IMG/VR virus record: IMGVR_UViG_3300025889_000130
Coordinates: 1 to 59,302 of that record
Length of the DNA stretch: 59,302 bases
From: a virus
Lineage: Duplodnaviria > Caudoviricetes
Reading direction: 5' to 3' (one strand)
Shown piece by piece: positions 10,828 through 20,728 of this stretch. A program made the position numbers and the translations under genes. Positions within the stretch are counted from its first letter, which is position 1. The number at the start of each line of letters is the position of its first letter. The notes beneath the pieces were generated by a model, which was given only the letters and a program-made list of their open reading frames with translations, made no database searches and was not told where the DNA came from.

Positions 10828-11106
10828 ATGGAGGATCAAAATAACATGAAAATTCCACTTAATATAATTAATCGCATCAAAGACGAGCATCTTTCTAAAA
10901 TAAAAGAAATTGAATCAAATAAACAATTAGATGGAGAGACAGACTTCTGGGAAGACGTACCATTCCAAAATAAAACTTTTGCTTTTAATACAAAAAAATA
11001 CAAAAATACTTGGAAATGTATTGGATTTATTTTAAAAGAAGATTTTGATCCTTGGGGAACCCATGAGATAGAAACACAAGAAATTTTTGAATATAAAACT
11101 GCTTAA
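10828..11106 (+). CDS. hypothetical protein
   Basis: ORF in a tightly packed gene run. Confidence 0.5.
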   Translation: MEDQNNMKIPLNIINRIKDEHLSKIKEIESNKQLDGETDFWEDVPFQNKTFAFNTKKYKNTWKCIGFILKEDFDPWGTHEIETQEIFEYKTA

Positions 11107-11108
11107 TA

Positions 11109-11510
11109 ATGAAGACAATCAAAGAAATAGTATCCGAGACCATTGAGTATATTAAGTCAACACCAAAGGCTTACGATACGGAAAAAGGCCAATGTCTATA
11201 CACCAAAATTATTGATGGCAAAAAATGTCATTGTGCAGTCGGGCGTTGTTTGCTGGAAGATTTTCAGCAAGAAGATTGGGAGCATAATGGATTCGGAATC
11301 CAATCTTTTACAAAAGAAAATCCAGAAATGCCACTAGATTCGATTCTAAAAGAAGAATATAGAGGCCATGGTCGTTATTTCTGGGAGGACTTGCAAGACC
11401 TTCACGATGATGTAGATAACTTATACTTCGAGGAAAATGAGCAGGGAGGTCGGGATTTGACTAAAAAAGGCCACATCTATGCGGAGTCAATTAATCTCGA
11501 ATATTCTTGA
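11109..11510 (+). CDS. conserved-looking phage hypothetical protein
   Basis: C.Y...DG..CAVG.CL...LQ.LHD pattern. Confidence 0.65.
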   Translation: MKTIKEIVSETIEYIKSTPKAYDTEKGQCLYTKIIDGKKCHCAVGRCLLEDFQQEDWEHNGFGIQSFTKENPEMPLDSILKEEYRGHGRYFWEDLQDLHDDVDNLYFEENEQGGRDLTKKGHIYAESINLEYS

Positions 11511-11544
11511 CTCCAAATAAATAATGTGGTAATATATACCAATA

Positions 11545-11787
11545 ATGAAATACTTAATAATGTTACTTTTTCTATCAGGGTGCGCCACAAATAATGTGGC
11601 CCGAATTAATCAATTGCAAATAAATAATAATAAAATAACCCAGGACGATGTTGGTTACAATGATCTGCACCATCGACTCAAAGCTGAAGAGTTGGGCATC
11701 TCATACGTTGACTACCTCCATCTTGTCAACAATAACAAATTGTCAGTACAGCAATCTTATTTTAAATTGAGGCATACAAACAATTAA
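11545..11787 (+). CDS. putative lipoprotein
   Basis: MKYLIMLLFLSGC lipobox. Confidence 0.6.
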   Translation: MKYLIMLLFLSGCATNNVARINQLQINNNKITQDDVGYNDLHHRLKAEELGISYVDYLHLVNNNKLSVQQSYFKLRHTNN

Positions 11788-11828
11788 AAAGTCCTTGACC
11801 AAATCTAAAAATTGGTCATACTTACAGC

Positions 11829-12059
11829 ATGAATAATAAAGAAATGATTGAAATCAAACTTGGACAAACCGCTGCTGAAGTTGCCAATCTTATTGATGAA
11901 TACTTCGACCATCTTAATGAAAGCGAATTTATCAAAGAGAGCATTCAATGGGCTAGAATTTCAATGGAATTTCACATTACTCGAAACGAGCTTGAAAAAG
12001 CACTTTACGAAACAAGAAAATGTCGGGATACAATTCTCGAATACATTATGGATGTGTAA
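11829..12059 (+). CDS. hypothetical protein (leaderless)
   Basis: TTGACC(11795)-N16-CATACT, with ATG 6 nt later. Confidence 0.6.
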   Translation: MNNKEMIEIKLGQTAAEVANLIDEYFDHLNESEFIKESIQWARISMEFHITRNELEKALYETRKCRDTILEYIMDV

Positions 12060-12265
12060 AATAATATGTGTCCTTTCGCCCTACATTTGACCAAATAAAA
12101 AATTTAATACAAATATCTAAAGTAGGAAATCGTTACGAAATAGATTTTATAGGAGGACAATGTATAAGTGGCAAGAATTTCTTTTATATATCAGATCAAA
12201 TAAGATTAAGATTTGATTTAGAAATAACACCACTACAATTAAAAAAAATATTTGAGGACAAATGA

Positions 12266-12352
12266 GTCGAGGTGTCCAAATCGGTAAAGGAACAAGTCTT
12301 AAAAACTTGCGCTCGAAAGAGCTTACGGGTTCGAGTCCCGTTCTCGACACCA
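12266..12352 (+). tRNA. tRNA-Leu (TAA)
   Basis: Acceptor stem GTCGAGG/TCTCGAC, anticodon arm CAAGT-CTTAAAA-ACTTG, long variable arm, GGTTCGAGTCC T-loop, encoded CCA. Confidence 0.92.
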
Positions 12353-12353
12353 T

Positions 12354-12968
12354 TTAACTTTTTCTCCTACAATAACTATCAGTTTGACTATGGCAGTTAG
12401 GGCATAAGAACCTTAAGTTTTCCAATCGGTTATCAAAATTATCCCCATTAATATGATCCAAGTGCAAAGAAAGTTTTTTGTTGTTCCATTCTGTTATTCC
12501 GCAAGATTCACACTTGTATGTCTTTAAGTTATATTTAAGAATTTTCTTTTTTAAGTTGCCTGTGCCTAATAAACCATTTTTAACAAAAGCTTCTTCAATA
12601 GGTATCTCATTAGCCTTAGCTGTTAAGTGAGCGCCTTTGCCATGAGCTTTCCCAGCAAAATGACCAGTATCAATATCAAGCTCTTTAATCCTTGCATGAA
12701 AAGTTCTATAATTCCCCCCAGATGGATGAACGCCGAACTTCTTTAATGCTTCTCTAATTGAATTGCTATTTTTAACAATCTCAATAAATTCTTTGTCACT
12801 AATTTTAAAATTTTTATTTCGTCCTTTTAATTTTGATTTATTAACTTTACCATGATACCAATCACGAACAGTCGTCCTTGGCACATTAATCATCTTGGAT
12901 ATCTCAGTAACAGTATAGCCTTGATTCTTTAACTTAATAACTTTATTGTATAATTCTTCTTTTGCCAT
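12354..12968 (-). CDS. HNH endonuclease with N-terminal HTH
   Basis: HTH (TVTEISKMINVPRTTVRDW); CESC...LHLDHINGD..DNRLENLRFLCPNCHSQT. Confidence 0.9.
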   Translation of the reverse strand: MAKEELYNKVIKLKNQGYTVTEISKMINVPRTTVRDWYHGKVNKSKLKGRNKNFKISDKEFIEIVKNSNSIREALKKFGVHPSGGNYRTFHARIKELDIDTGHFAGKAHGKGAHLTAKANEIPIEEAFVKNGLLGTGNLKKKILKYNLKTYKCESCGITEWNNKKLSLHLDHINGDNFDNRLENLRFLCPNCHSQTDSYCRRKS

Positions 12969-12980
12969 ATAAATATATAC

Positions 12981-13007
12981 ACTTAGATGGCGGAATTGGG
13001 AGACGCA
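12981..13007 (+). pseudogene. 5' remnant of a tRNA-Leu-like gene
   Basis: AGATGGCGGAATTGGGAGACGCA resembles a Leu-type D-arm and has no downstream anticodon or T arm. Confidence 0.5.
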
Positions 13008-13012
13008 AATAA

Positions 13013-13090
13013 GGACCGTTAGCTCAATTTGGTTAGAGCAGCATTCTCATAAAGTGCGGGTTGAGAGTTCGAGCCTCTCACGGTCCACCA
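13013..13090 (+). tRNA. tRNA with CAT anticodon (probably Ile2, otherwise elongator Met)
   Basis: GGACCGT/ACGGTCC acceptor stem, GCATT-CTCATAA-AGTGC anticodon arm, CCA; C4:G69 and C5:G68 as in TilS substrates; no initiator features. Confidence 0.88.
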
Positions 13091-13330
13091 TTTTTACCAC
13101 CATCAAATAAACAAATAATCAAATAAATAAATAATACAGTATAGTATAAGATATATGATAAGAAAAACATAAGAAAATATATTAATTAAAAATGTTTTTA
13201 AAAAATTAAGACCAATAGCGTTTTGGCACGCTGGCCGCTGCCCGCCCCGTGCCAATCTGCAAGAAAAAAGTTTTTTGATTTTTTGGCAAAAAGAGTTGAC
13301 TTCACCGCCATTTTCCCCATTATGGAATAC

Positions 13331-13729
13331 ATGATTAACCAACCTTACCTTTCCTTCCCAGCCCAAATTCAACGGGGCAATCTATCTAACGTCTTCCTGC
13401 CAAACAAGCCGTTCAACGTGTATATCGTTCGCGCCCGCTACGACAACCGAGATGCATTCGTTGGCTGCTCCTATTCTCCTGTGGCTCGCTGCAAAACTCT
13501 GGGTTACGCCATTTTGAAGGCAAAAGAATTGGCTGAAAAGCTGTATGACGATTACAATGAAATCGACATGGATGACCCGCACATCGAAATCCGCTTCCAC
13601 CCTGACCACAAATTTCCTGTTAGTAAATCTCAGAAAAAGCGTGAAATGTGGGCTGGAGCTGTTGTTTCGGGCAGCGGCAAAGTTAGCCTTATCCCTCCAA
13701 TGTCAGGAGACGAAGGAATCCCATTTTAA
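13331..13729 (+). CDS. hypothetical early protein (leaderless, MINQPY)
   Basis: TTGACT(13296)-N16-CATTAT, with ATG 7 nt later. Confidence 0.7.
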   Translation: MINQPYLSFPAQIQRGNLSNVFLPNKPFNVYIVRARYDNRDAFVGCSYSPVARCKTLGYAILKAKELAEKLYDDYNEIDMDDPHIEIRFHPDHKFPVSKSQKKREMWAGAVVSGSGKVSLIPPMSGDEGIPF

Positions 13730-13765
13730 CCCAAACCAAAAACCATTACGTATTCGGAGGATAAC

Positions 13766-14017
13766 ATGAAAACATTATTAACAATTATTACAAATTCTGG
13801 TTACATGACCCATGACCAACTCAAAGAAGTGAAGGAGGCATTTCCGAATATGCAAGTCGTTCTCCTTTGGGGGCAGAGGGCAAGGCAAATGGTTGCGGTG
13901 AAGTATGCAGAGGGGATGATAGCGGAAGGTGAAGAGGAGGGTGACTACATTCGCTCAGTCTTCTTTGATGTCGCCACATATGACAAGCTTGTCGATGTCT
14001 TCAACATCTGCGGCTAA
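13766..14017 (+). CDS. hypothetical protein
   Basis: GGAGGA RBS before the ATG. Confidence 0.65.
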   Translation: MKTLLTIITNSGYMTHDQLKEVKEAFPNMQVVLLWGQRARQMVAVKYAEGMIAEGEEEGDYIRSVFFDVATYDKLVDVFNICG

Positions 14018-14162
14018 TGGATTGGGGAATATTCCCCAATCTTCCCGTAGTGTTTTGGCACGCTGCCCGCTGCCCGCCCCGTGCCAATTTGCAAGAAAAA
14101 AGTTTTTTGATTTTTTGCGAAAAAGTTGTTGACCTAAAAGGATTTTCTGTCATTATTGGAGC

Positions 14163-14936
14163 ATGATTAACTTACTAAGCGACCCTTCAAAGATGCCCTG
14201 CAAGGGCTTTAACATTCCAGCAATGAAATTCTGCCCCGCTGCCAAGCTGGTCATGAACCTCTACAAAAAAGCGAAAAAAGAGTTGTCAAAGCTCATTTGC
14301 TCTTCGTGCTATGCTTGTAAGGGGATGTATTTGTTCCCCAACGTTCGGGACTCGTTGCAAAAAAAGGCTGAATTTGTCTTGCAATCTATTCGGGAAGACA
14401 ACGGGGACACGTTTGTCAAAGAGATGTGCGACCAAATTGAAAAAGCTTACTTCAAGAAAGGCGAAAAGAAAAAGCTGAAGAATCTAGACACGAATCTTTT
14501 TCGAGTCCATGATTCAGGCGACCTTTTCAACCCTGCCTATATTGATTGCTGGGTTAGGATTGCGAAGAATTTTCCAACCATTAACTTCTGGGTTCCAACT
14601 CGCGAACACGTTCGGGAAGAACAACTTCCCCACCTGCGCAAACTTGCGGAACTTCCCAATGTTGTTGTTCGCCCTTCCGCATTGGAACTGGATGAACCTG
14701 CGCCACAAGTCGAAGGCCTCGACGGAGGCACCGCAGTTTATACCGATGAAGCCAAGGCCAAGGCCGATGGACACATGATTTGCCCCGCCACCATTCACGC
14801 CCATCGCCTGGGAAGGAAGGGTTGGAAGGCACTGCCACAAAAGGAGCGAGCAAGGTTGGCGAGTTGTGCTGGTAACAACTGCACTGCCTGCTTTCTTAAA
14901 TGTTCAAAAAAACCAAAAGCCTATATGGCTCATTAA
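14163..14936 (+). CDS. GP88-family protein, copy 1
   Basis: SKMPC..FNIPA...C, CSSCYACKGMY, FRVHDSGD, FWVPTRE, NVVVRPSA and C-terminal CP...C..C..C motifs. Confidence 0.8.
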   Translation: MINLLSDPSKMPCKGFNIPAMKFCPAAKLVMNLYKKAKKELSKLICSSCYACKGMYLFPNVRDSLQKKAEFVLQSIREDNGDTFVKEMCDQIEKAYFKKGEKKKLKNLDTNLFRVHDSGDLFNPAYIDCWVRIAKNFPTINFWVPTREHVREEQLPHLRKLAELPNVVVRPSALELDEPAPQVEGLDGGTAVYTDEAKAKADGHMICPATIHAHRLGRKGWKALPQKERARLASCAGNNCTACFLKCSKKPKAYMAH

Positions 14937-15133
14937 AAAAGAATACAAATGCTACTAGGAGTCCTACTTATATGTTTTATCATAGGAGCCTCTTTTCTTT
15001 AGGCTCTACGGTTCGCGTGCTAATTTTTGGCACGCTAGCCGCTGCCCGCCCCGTGCCAACCTTACCGAGAAAAAACTTTCATTATCTTTCAAAAAGCATT
15101 GACATTAACAATTTTTTCTACATCATTAAACCC

Positions 15134-15466
15134 ATGATTAAAATTCAAAATTTAGAGTTCCGCCGAACCAAAACCCTTCACGACAATCCAAAAATTTACT
15201 GGGAAATTGTCAAATGGGATAAAATGAAATTAGATGGTGAGGAAAAGGAGTATTGTTTCAGCCTCGCCATTTGGGATAAGAATGATGAGGGTTGGGAACT
15301 TCGTTTTGTTGGTTCAAGGCCATTTGAACTTGACGGCATGGGAATTTTTTGGGAACTTGCCACCTTTGGACAAAAGTATTTAGATGCACTTTTTGATTTG
15401 ACAGAATCTTATCCTAATGTAGAATATGGCAATTATTATCAAGACAAGGTAAAAAATGAAAAATAA
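15134..15466 (+). CDS. hypothetical early protein (leaderless, MIKIQN)
   Basis: TTGACA(15099)-N16-CATCAT, with ATG 7 nt later. Confidence 0.7.
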   Translation: MIKIQNLEFRRTKTLHDNPKIYWEIVKWDKMKLDGEEKEYCFSLAIWDKNDEGWELRFVGSRPFELDGMGIFWELATFGQKYLDALFDLTESYPNVEYGNYYQDKVKNEK

Positions 15467-15677
15467 TTTTTATAGAGCAGTTGATAGAGATGGCAAGATG
15501 CCTGTCTTATGTAGCAAGGAATATGATATTCCAGAAACACATCCTTATTTTGTAAGATACAAAAACAACAAACCTGTTTCTTATCGTGGTACAGAAGAAA
15601 TTATATTTGAAAATGGAAAAGTTTATGATTATTCAATCAATGAATTTATTTATCCTGACAACTTATTAAAAGAATAA
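15456..15677 (+). CDS. hypothetical protein
   Basis: Overlaps the stop of the upstream gene. Confidence 0.55.
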   Translation: MKNNFYRAVDRDGKMPVLCSKEYDIPETHPYFVRYKNNKPVSYRGTEEIIFENGKVYDYSINEFIYPDNLLKE

Positions 15678-15875
15678 AATGACAATACAAGAAATTGAAA
15701 AAGATGTCCCACCTCATGTTGATGGGAAAAATCGTCGACAACTAATTGATCACCTTTTGGATGAAATGAACTCTGACGGGATGGCAAAACTTCTTGCTCT
15801 TGGCAAGCTGAAAATTCTTTGCCCAAAAAGAAAATAGTTGTTGACAAAACATTAAAAATTAACATACTACAAACC

Positions 15876-16106
15876 ATGAAACGCATATTCAAACTACCAG
15901 TATCTTGGACATCAATCGGAACAATGGAGATAAATGCTTCCAGCCTAGAAGAGGCTATTGCAATAGCAGAGGACGAACTTACGGGGCTTCCAGAAGATAG
16001 CGAATATCTAGAAGGGTCATTTGAAGTAAATGTTGATCTTATCGACGAAGTGAAAGCGGCGGTAGGAGAAGAAAACTTAGCCAACAATGCGATATTAAAC
16101 ATTTGA
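15876..16106 (+). CDS. hypothetical acidic protein (leaderless)
   Basis: TTGACA(15841)-N16-CATACT, with ATG 7 nt later. Confidence 0.7.
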   Translation: MKRIFKLPVSWTSIGTMEINASSLEEAIAIAEDELTGLPEDSEYLEGSFEVNVDLIDEVKAAVGEENLANNAILNI

Positions 16107-16138
16107 CAAAAACATAAAAATCAACAAACTAATAGACT

Positions 16139-16366
16139 ATGAACATTATCAAAAAAATCACTGACTTCTTCACCCCTAAGATGAACCTTGTTTATCAAAG
16201 CAAAAATGGAGACATTGACCTATACAAAGTTAATGCTTTTCATTACAAAAACAAGTTCGGCAACAAAAAGCTCCGCAAGGAAAACATTGGCATCCGCACT
16301 TGGTGTTACAACCGCAAAGGGTATCGTTCTTTTAGGTACGAGGGTATTCTTAGCTTGTCTAAATAA
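16139..16366 (+). CDS. hypothetical protein with WYL-like C-terminal pattern
   Basis: C..R..YRSFR..GI pattern; has its own promoter. Confidence 0.55.
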   Translation: MNIIKKITDFFTPKMNLVYQSKNGDIDLYKVNAFHYKNKFGNKKLRKENIGIRTWCYNRKGYRSFRYEGILSLSK

Positions 16367-16537
16367 TTTTGTTCGGTTATTCATGTTGCCCCGTTGAGAG
16401 CTTGTTGACTTGGTTCTCAACGGGGTTTTTTGGCACGCCAGCGGCTGCCCGCCCCGTGCCAATTTTTATCGTAAAAAATTTTTAATTTTCTGCAAAATTA
16501 ACTTGACCGCACGAAAAAAATCGCCATACTAGTAAGT

Positions 16538-16654
16538 ATGAAAATTAAGGTAAGAATTAAACATGGGATTTGGACGAAGTCCCGCCCACATAAAGTTAAG
16601 AAAAATCTTCTCCCAAGGGAACAAAAACACAAAAAAAGATTTGACACTGAGTAA
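16538..16654 (+). CDS. 38-aa basic peptide (leaderless)
   Basis: TTGACC(16503)-N16-CATACT, with ATG 7 nt later; MKIKVRIKHGIWTKSRPHKVKK... Confidence 0.5.
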   Translation: MKIKVRIKHGIWTKSRPHKVKKNLLPREQKHKKRFDTE

Positions 16655-16703
16655 AAAATCTATTTAATTAAACCTGATTATTAACCTAAAAACTGATAAA
16701 GCT

Positions 16704-17474
16704 ATGAAAACACTAAACATTGACATCTGCGGTTCTGACCGCACCCAAGCCACCCTCGAAGAAGTTTATGCGGTTCAAACGCCACAAAAGACCGATACAT
16801 GGACTCCTATCAGTCACAAGCTACTCATTGAGCAAACCAAAGAAAAGCTGGATGCAAACGGCTTTAACATCATTGCCGAAAATCACAATCTTGCCCGATT
16901 TGGCCAGCGTTATTTTGGCCTCATGCAGGTGCAAGATCGCAACGCTCCTGAAAATCCAGATCGTGCGACTGTGATTGGTTTGCGTAATGGGCATGACAAG
17001 TGCTTTCCTGCTGGTATTATGGCAGGGGATGCCCCATTTGTATGCAGCAACCTTGTTTTCAACAACGAAATCGTCATCGCTCGCCGCCATACGAAAAACA
17101 TCGACAATGAAAACATCGCTGGCAACATTTTCCACAAAGTTGCTAACGCCATCGGCCAACTTCGGGAATCCTGGCAAAGTCAGGAAAAGAGGGTAAACGC
17201 TTACAAAAGCTATGACCTCAGTTCCAATAGTGAGGCCAATGATTTAATCATTAAGGCATATCAAAATGGTGCTTGCTCCAAAACTCAGATCGCTGACATC
17301 GTGGATCAATGGAACACCCCGAATCACAACGAGTTCCTTGACCGCAACCTCTATTCTCTATACAATTCCTTTTCGGAAGTCTGGAAAGGAAACCTGGGAC
17401 TGCTCCCGAATCGTTCTACCCAACTCCACGCCTTGTTCGACGGCGTAGCTGAAGCCGAACTGGTCGAGGCATAA
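16704..17474 (+). CDS. DUF932-family protein
   Basis: GLRNGHDK, AG...FVCSNL and RRHT motifs; C-terminal LYSLYNSFSE. Confidence 0.8.
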   Translation: MKTLNIDICGSDRTQATLEEVYAVQTPQKTDTWTPISHKLLIEQTKEKLDANGFNIIAENHNLARFGQRYFGLMQVQDRNAPENPDRATVIGLRNGHDKCFPAGIMAGDAPFVCSNLVFNNEIVIARRHTKNIDNENIAGNIFHKVANAIGQLRESWQSQEKRVNAYKSYDLSSNSEANDLIIKAYQNGACSKTQIADIVDQWNTPNHNEFLDRNLYSLYNSFSEVWKGNLGLLPNRSTQLHALFDGVAEAELVEA

Positions 17475-17485
17475 AGTACCCCTAA

Positions 17486-17524
17486 TAGCCCCCGCCAAGG
17501 AAAAGGCCACCCTTGGCGGGGCTA
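17486..17524 (+). terminator. GC-rich hairpin before a dyad repeat
   Basis: TAGCCCCCGCCAAGG/CCTTGGCGGGGCTA stem. Confidence 0.6.
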
Positions 17525-17635
17525 AAAATTGGCACGCCAGCGGCTGCCCGCCCCGTGCCAACTTTACCACAAAAAAAATTTATTTTTTTTTGCAAAAAGC
17601 TTGACTTGACCCGATTTTCTGTCATTCTATAAAGC

Positions 17636-18205
17636 ATGATTAACCCATCTAACATAACTAAGTATCAACGTAACGATTATTGCTTACAGGAATTCTTGTT
17701 GTTCTGTATTTGCGTAACTGGAAAAAGGAGTGCAATTGAAAGCGTCAAGCTCGATGCCTTTCTTGATGACAACTTGTTTCCCATACCATTGAAACCTTTT
17801 CAGTTTATTAGGTTTCTCGACTCAATCGGTAAACTTGAGAGTCAACTGCAAAAGCATAGGATCTCACCCTATTCCCAAAGGCTCAAAAGTTTTCGTGCAG
17901 TTACTAAGCTAACAAATCTTGAACGAGTTGAAATAGAGGACTTGGTAACTATCCCAGGTATAGGACTAAAGACGGCAAGATTCTTTTTGTCTCACTCAAG
18001 AAAGAACTTTGATGAACCCGTCCTTGACACTCACATTTTGCGTTATTTAAGGAACAATGGGCATAACGCACCAAAGTCCACCCCACAAAACCCTGAGATA
18101 TACGCAAGGTTTGCCAAAATATTTAAAAATATTGCTAATAAGGCTAATAAGTCCGTCACCAAGCTTGACCTCGAAATCTGGAGGGAGTACAGCGGCTCAA
18201 CTTAA
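17636..18205 (+). CDS. HhH DNA glycosylase/AP lyase (8-oxoguanine glycosylase-like)
   Basis: LVTIPGIGLKTARFFL helix-hairpin-helix with catalytic K; VLDTHILRYL; LDLEIW. Confidence 0.8.
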   Translation: MINPSNITKYQRNDYCLQEFLLFCICVTGKRSAIESVKLDAFLDDNLFPIPLKPFQFIRFLDSIGKLESQLQKHRISPYSQRLKSFRAVTKLTNLERVEIEDLVTIPGIGLKTARFFLSHSRKNFDEPVLDTHILRYLRNNGHNAPKSTPQNPEIYARFAKIFKNIANKANKSVTKLDLEIWREYSGST

Positions 18206-18313
18206 GTGAGTTGGGGAATATTCCCCAATCGCAGGAGTTGGGGAATATTCCCCAATCAAAGTTTTTTAATTATTTTGGTTGACTTGAGCTAATTTTCTGT
18301 CATTCTGTAAAGC

Positions 18314-18727
18314 ATGATTAACTTATTACCCGCAGAGAAGCGAAAAGACCCAAGGTATCTTATCAATCACCTTAAGCCAGTAAAGGTTTACCGCAACCTT
18401 CACAAAAATTGTTATTCAGTTCAGCAAGATGGTTTAGTCAAAGGCCATTTCAAAGAATTAGCTATAAAAAACCCAAAGTTCCTAGTTCAAAGTATTGGCA
18501 GGGAACGAGTTCGCAGAACGCAATCCAAGAATGTCCATGCGTTTGTCATTGGTTACTTGGAAGACTTTGTTGGGCTTCGGGCAATAGCGGGAGAGTGTGT
18601 GACTTATAACCCCTATAAAAATGATTCATTCGTTTATCGGGACACTGGCAATCCAGTCAACAAAAGTAAGTATGCAGACTTTTTTTTCTCGACAGAGGGG
18701 AAAGCCATTGTTAAAGTAGAACGATAA
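18314..18727 (+). CDS. conserved phage hypothetical protein (leaderless)
   Basis: VYRNLHK..YSV, GRERV...SKNVHAFV.G and YNPYK motifs; promoter at 18279. Confidence 0.75.
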   Translation: MINLLPAEKRKDPRYLINHLKPVKVYRNLHKNCYSVQQDGLVKGHFKELAIKNPKFLVQSIGRERVRRTQSKNVHAFVIGYLEDFVGLRAIAGECVTYNPYKNDSFVYRDTGNPVNKSKYADFFFSTEGKAIVKVER

Positions 18728-18728
18728 A

Positions 18729-18920
18729 ATGAAATTTGATTATCCCAGACCACTTGAATTTTTCCACCCTGATTATGATGTCGCCTGTGGAGGCACAGAA
18801 GTACCAATGGTTAGCAAAGCAGGCACAGTGCTTTACGTGTGGAATAAGATAGACAAAGAATATGAATACTATCACTTTGAACATGATAGATTCTATCGAG
18901 AGTACGAAATTGAAATCTAA
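18729..18920 (+). CDS. hypothetical protein
   Basis: Coupled ORF (ACGGTEVP...LYVWN). Confidence 0.6.
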   Translation: MKFDYPRPLEFFHPDYDVACGGTEVPMVSKAGTVLYVWNKIDKEYEYYHFEHDRFYREYEIEI

Positions 18921-18931
18921 TATCAAACAAC

Positions 18932-19198
18932 ATGGAAAAATCATCACTCATTAACCTTATCTGCAAAAAAGACCACCTTGGAACCATGCTTCCGATTTCT
19001 AACGAGCCAGAATTTGATTCTGATACTGGAGAATGGGATTTGTGGTTTGCCTATGAAGACTTGCAAGACCCTGACCGCAATGACGATATGACTCATATTG
19101 GTTTTTCGTCCAAGCAAGCCGCTGAAAATTGCATTGGCGAACTTGTTACAATGCGTGGACAAAAAAGTCTCCAACTTGAAAAAGAGCTGTCTCTATAA
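18932..19198 (+). CDS. hypothetical protein
   Basis: ORF within the operon. Confidence 0.55.
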   Translation: MEKSSLINLICKKDHLGTMLPISNEPEFDSDTGEWDLWFAYEDLQDPDRNDDMTHIGFSSKQAAENCIGELVTMRGQKSLQLEKELSL

Positions 19199-19216
19199 CA
19201 ATAATTAAGAATCAAA

Positions 19217-19402
19217 ATGACTATCAAACTATTAGAAGATATTAAAGTTCTCCCGTATTACGAACTATTCAAAGCTGGCAATTACAAGGCGCACCTTGCT
19301 GTGAATCAACCCAACTGGCAAGAAGAGGGCTTAGTCTTTATTAGTAATGGAGCAACAGACTTGCTTCTTTCCAAGGATGATTATCAAATTGTTTCAAAAT
19401 AA
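19217..19402 (+). CDS. hypothetical protein
   Basis: ORF within the operon. Confidence 0.55.
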   Translation: MTIKLLEDIKVLPYYELFKAGNYKAHLAVNQPNWQEEGLVFISNGATDLLLSKDDYQIVSK

Positions 19403-19853
19403 AAATAATAACCAAAAATAAAAATGATTGTTGAAAAAGTAGTATATGGCTATATCGTCCAACGCTTTAAAGAGGACGGTGAATTTATTGAGCAAGATAA
19501 CTTTGTGGCCGATGGAGACGTCGCCTACGAAGACGAAGATGGAAATCCGCTGGATCATCTCGATCTTTGCAAATATTATCATACTTTTGATGTCAAATAA
19601 CCAAATAATAAATAATTAAATAACAAATAACTTTCGTTAGGTTAATCTGCCCCGTCGAGGTTTATGATGATCCTCGGCGGGGCTTTTTGGCACGCCAGCG
19701 GCTGCCCGCCCCGTGCCAACTTATATTTGCTAGCAAAAGTATTACAAAAGCTGCCCCCCTAAAAAAACACTTTTTCGCAAAAAAAAGTTTGACCACGAGC
19801 TTTTTTCTGTCAAACTAGGGGGACATTAAGATTAACCTGAACGAAAGAAAATT

Positions 19854-20033
19854 ATGTTATCAGTAAAACGCCACCCGAATCTTGACAACTGGTTTGAAGT
19901 CCGCATATTTGGAGAACTCATTGACCAATTTACGTCTGCCGTAAAAGCCATCCAGTTTGCTGAGAAAATTAAGAAAAAAGAAAGGTTTGATATTGTCCAT
20001 ATTGACCTGAAGCGTCAAGATGAAGAAAATTGA
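19854..20033 (+). CDS. 59-aa RHPNLDNW-family protein, paralog 1
   Basis: Translated by hand: MLSVKRHPNLDNWFEVRIFG...; follows the conserved leader. Confidence 0.75.
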   Translation: MLSVKRHPNLDNWFEVRIFGELIDQFTSAVKAIQFAEKIKKKERFDIVHIDLKRQDEEN

Positions 20034-20049
20034 ATCATAATTATTAAAA

Positions 20050-20403
20050 TTGAAAAAACAGATGACCACTATATACCAGCACACACCTCACTACACTATT
20101 ACCCCTTATTACGTTTACGCCGACATCGCAATCCAGGATGTAAAAAACAGGCTCGCCGCCGCAGAAATTCAAATTAGTGTAAGTGAACAACAAAACAGAA
20201 TTGACAACCCGATTGGCACAGGTCCTGGCGGGCGTGTAAGGTTGGGCGATGATATGCTCCCTTCAACTTACCTTATCAGCGTCAGAGATGAAGATGCAGA
20301 AAAAGCTCGGCGGATTCTTGTACATAATTTTGATTCTTTTTCAAGAGATAGGATTGTAAAAATTCTTGCTACTGATACAAAAAAAGATGAAAATTTGTTT
20401 TGA
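20050..20403 (+). CDS. hypothetical protein
   Basis: ORF in cassette. Confidence 0.55.
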   Translation: MKKQMTTIYQHTPHYTITPYYVYADIAIQDVKNRLAAAEIQISVSEQQNRIDNPIGTGPGGRVRLGDDMLPSTYLISVRDEDAEKARRILVHNFDSFSRDRIVKILATDTKKDENLF

Positions 20404-20456
20404 CAATTTAAAGTAATTAACCAGAATAAAACGCATTAACCTGAACTAAGAAAAAA

Positions 20457-20726
20457 ATGAATCAAGATTACGACTACCTTCAACTCCACCATGATGATTT
20501 CGGCCTTGTCGTAAAGGGCTATAAAGAGGATGGTTACCCGTCCCACTCCGTGCTTGCAGGGCAAACCCGCATTGACTATCTGAACACTTTCGACACTGAA
20601 GAGGAAGCTATTAAGGCGTACCCAGAACTCGCCCCAAAAGGCGAAACGCAATGGGGTTCGACCTGGGCGGACGCTCAGATTAAGGACGTTTCTTGGCTTC
20701 CTGATAGACCAGATTTGAGTTTGTAA
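20457..20726 (+). CDS. hypothetical protein
   Basis: Own promoter and ATTAACC leader; SVLAGQTRI motif. Confidence 0.65.
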   Translation: MNQDYDYLQLHHDDFGLVVKGYKEDGYPSHSVLAGQTRIDYLNTFDTEEEAIKAYPELAPKGETQWGSTWADAQIKDVSWLPDRPDLSL

Positions 20727-20728
20727 TG

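Noticed and set aside
13223-13330. ORF-track N-terminal extensions such as MARWPLPAPCQ, MARGGQPLACQ and MFKKTKSLYGS
   Set aside because: They translate through the dyad and promoter; the real starts are the ATGs just after the -10 box (13331, 15134, 25520)
16538-16654. ArfA-like ribosome rescue factor call for the basic peptide
   Set aside because: The resemblance is only compositional and the KGKGS motif is absent
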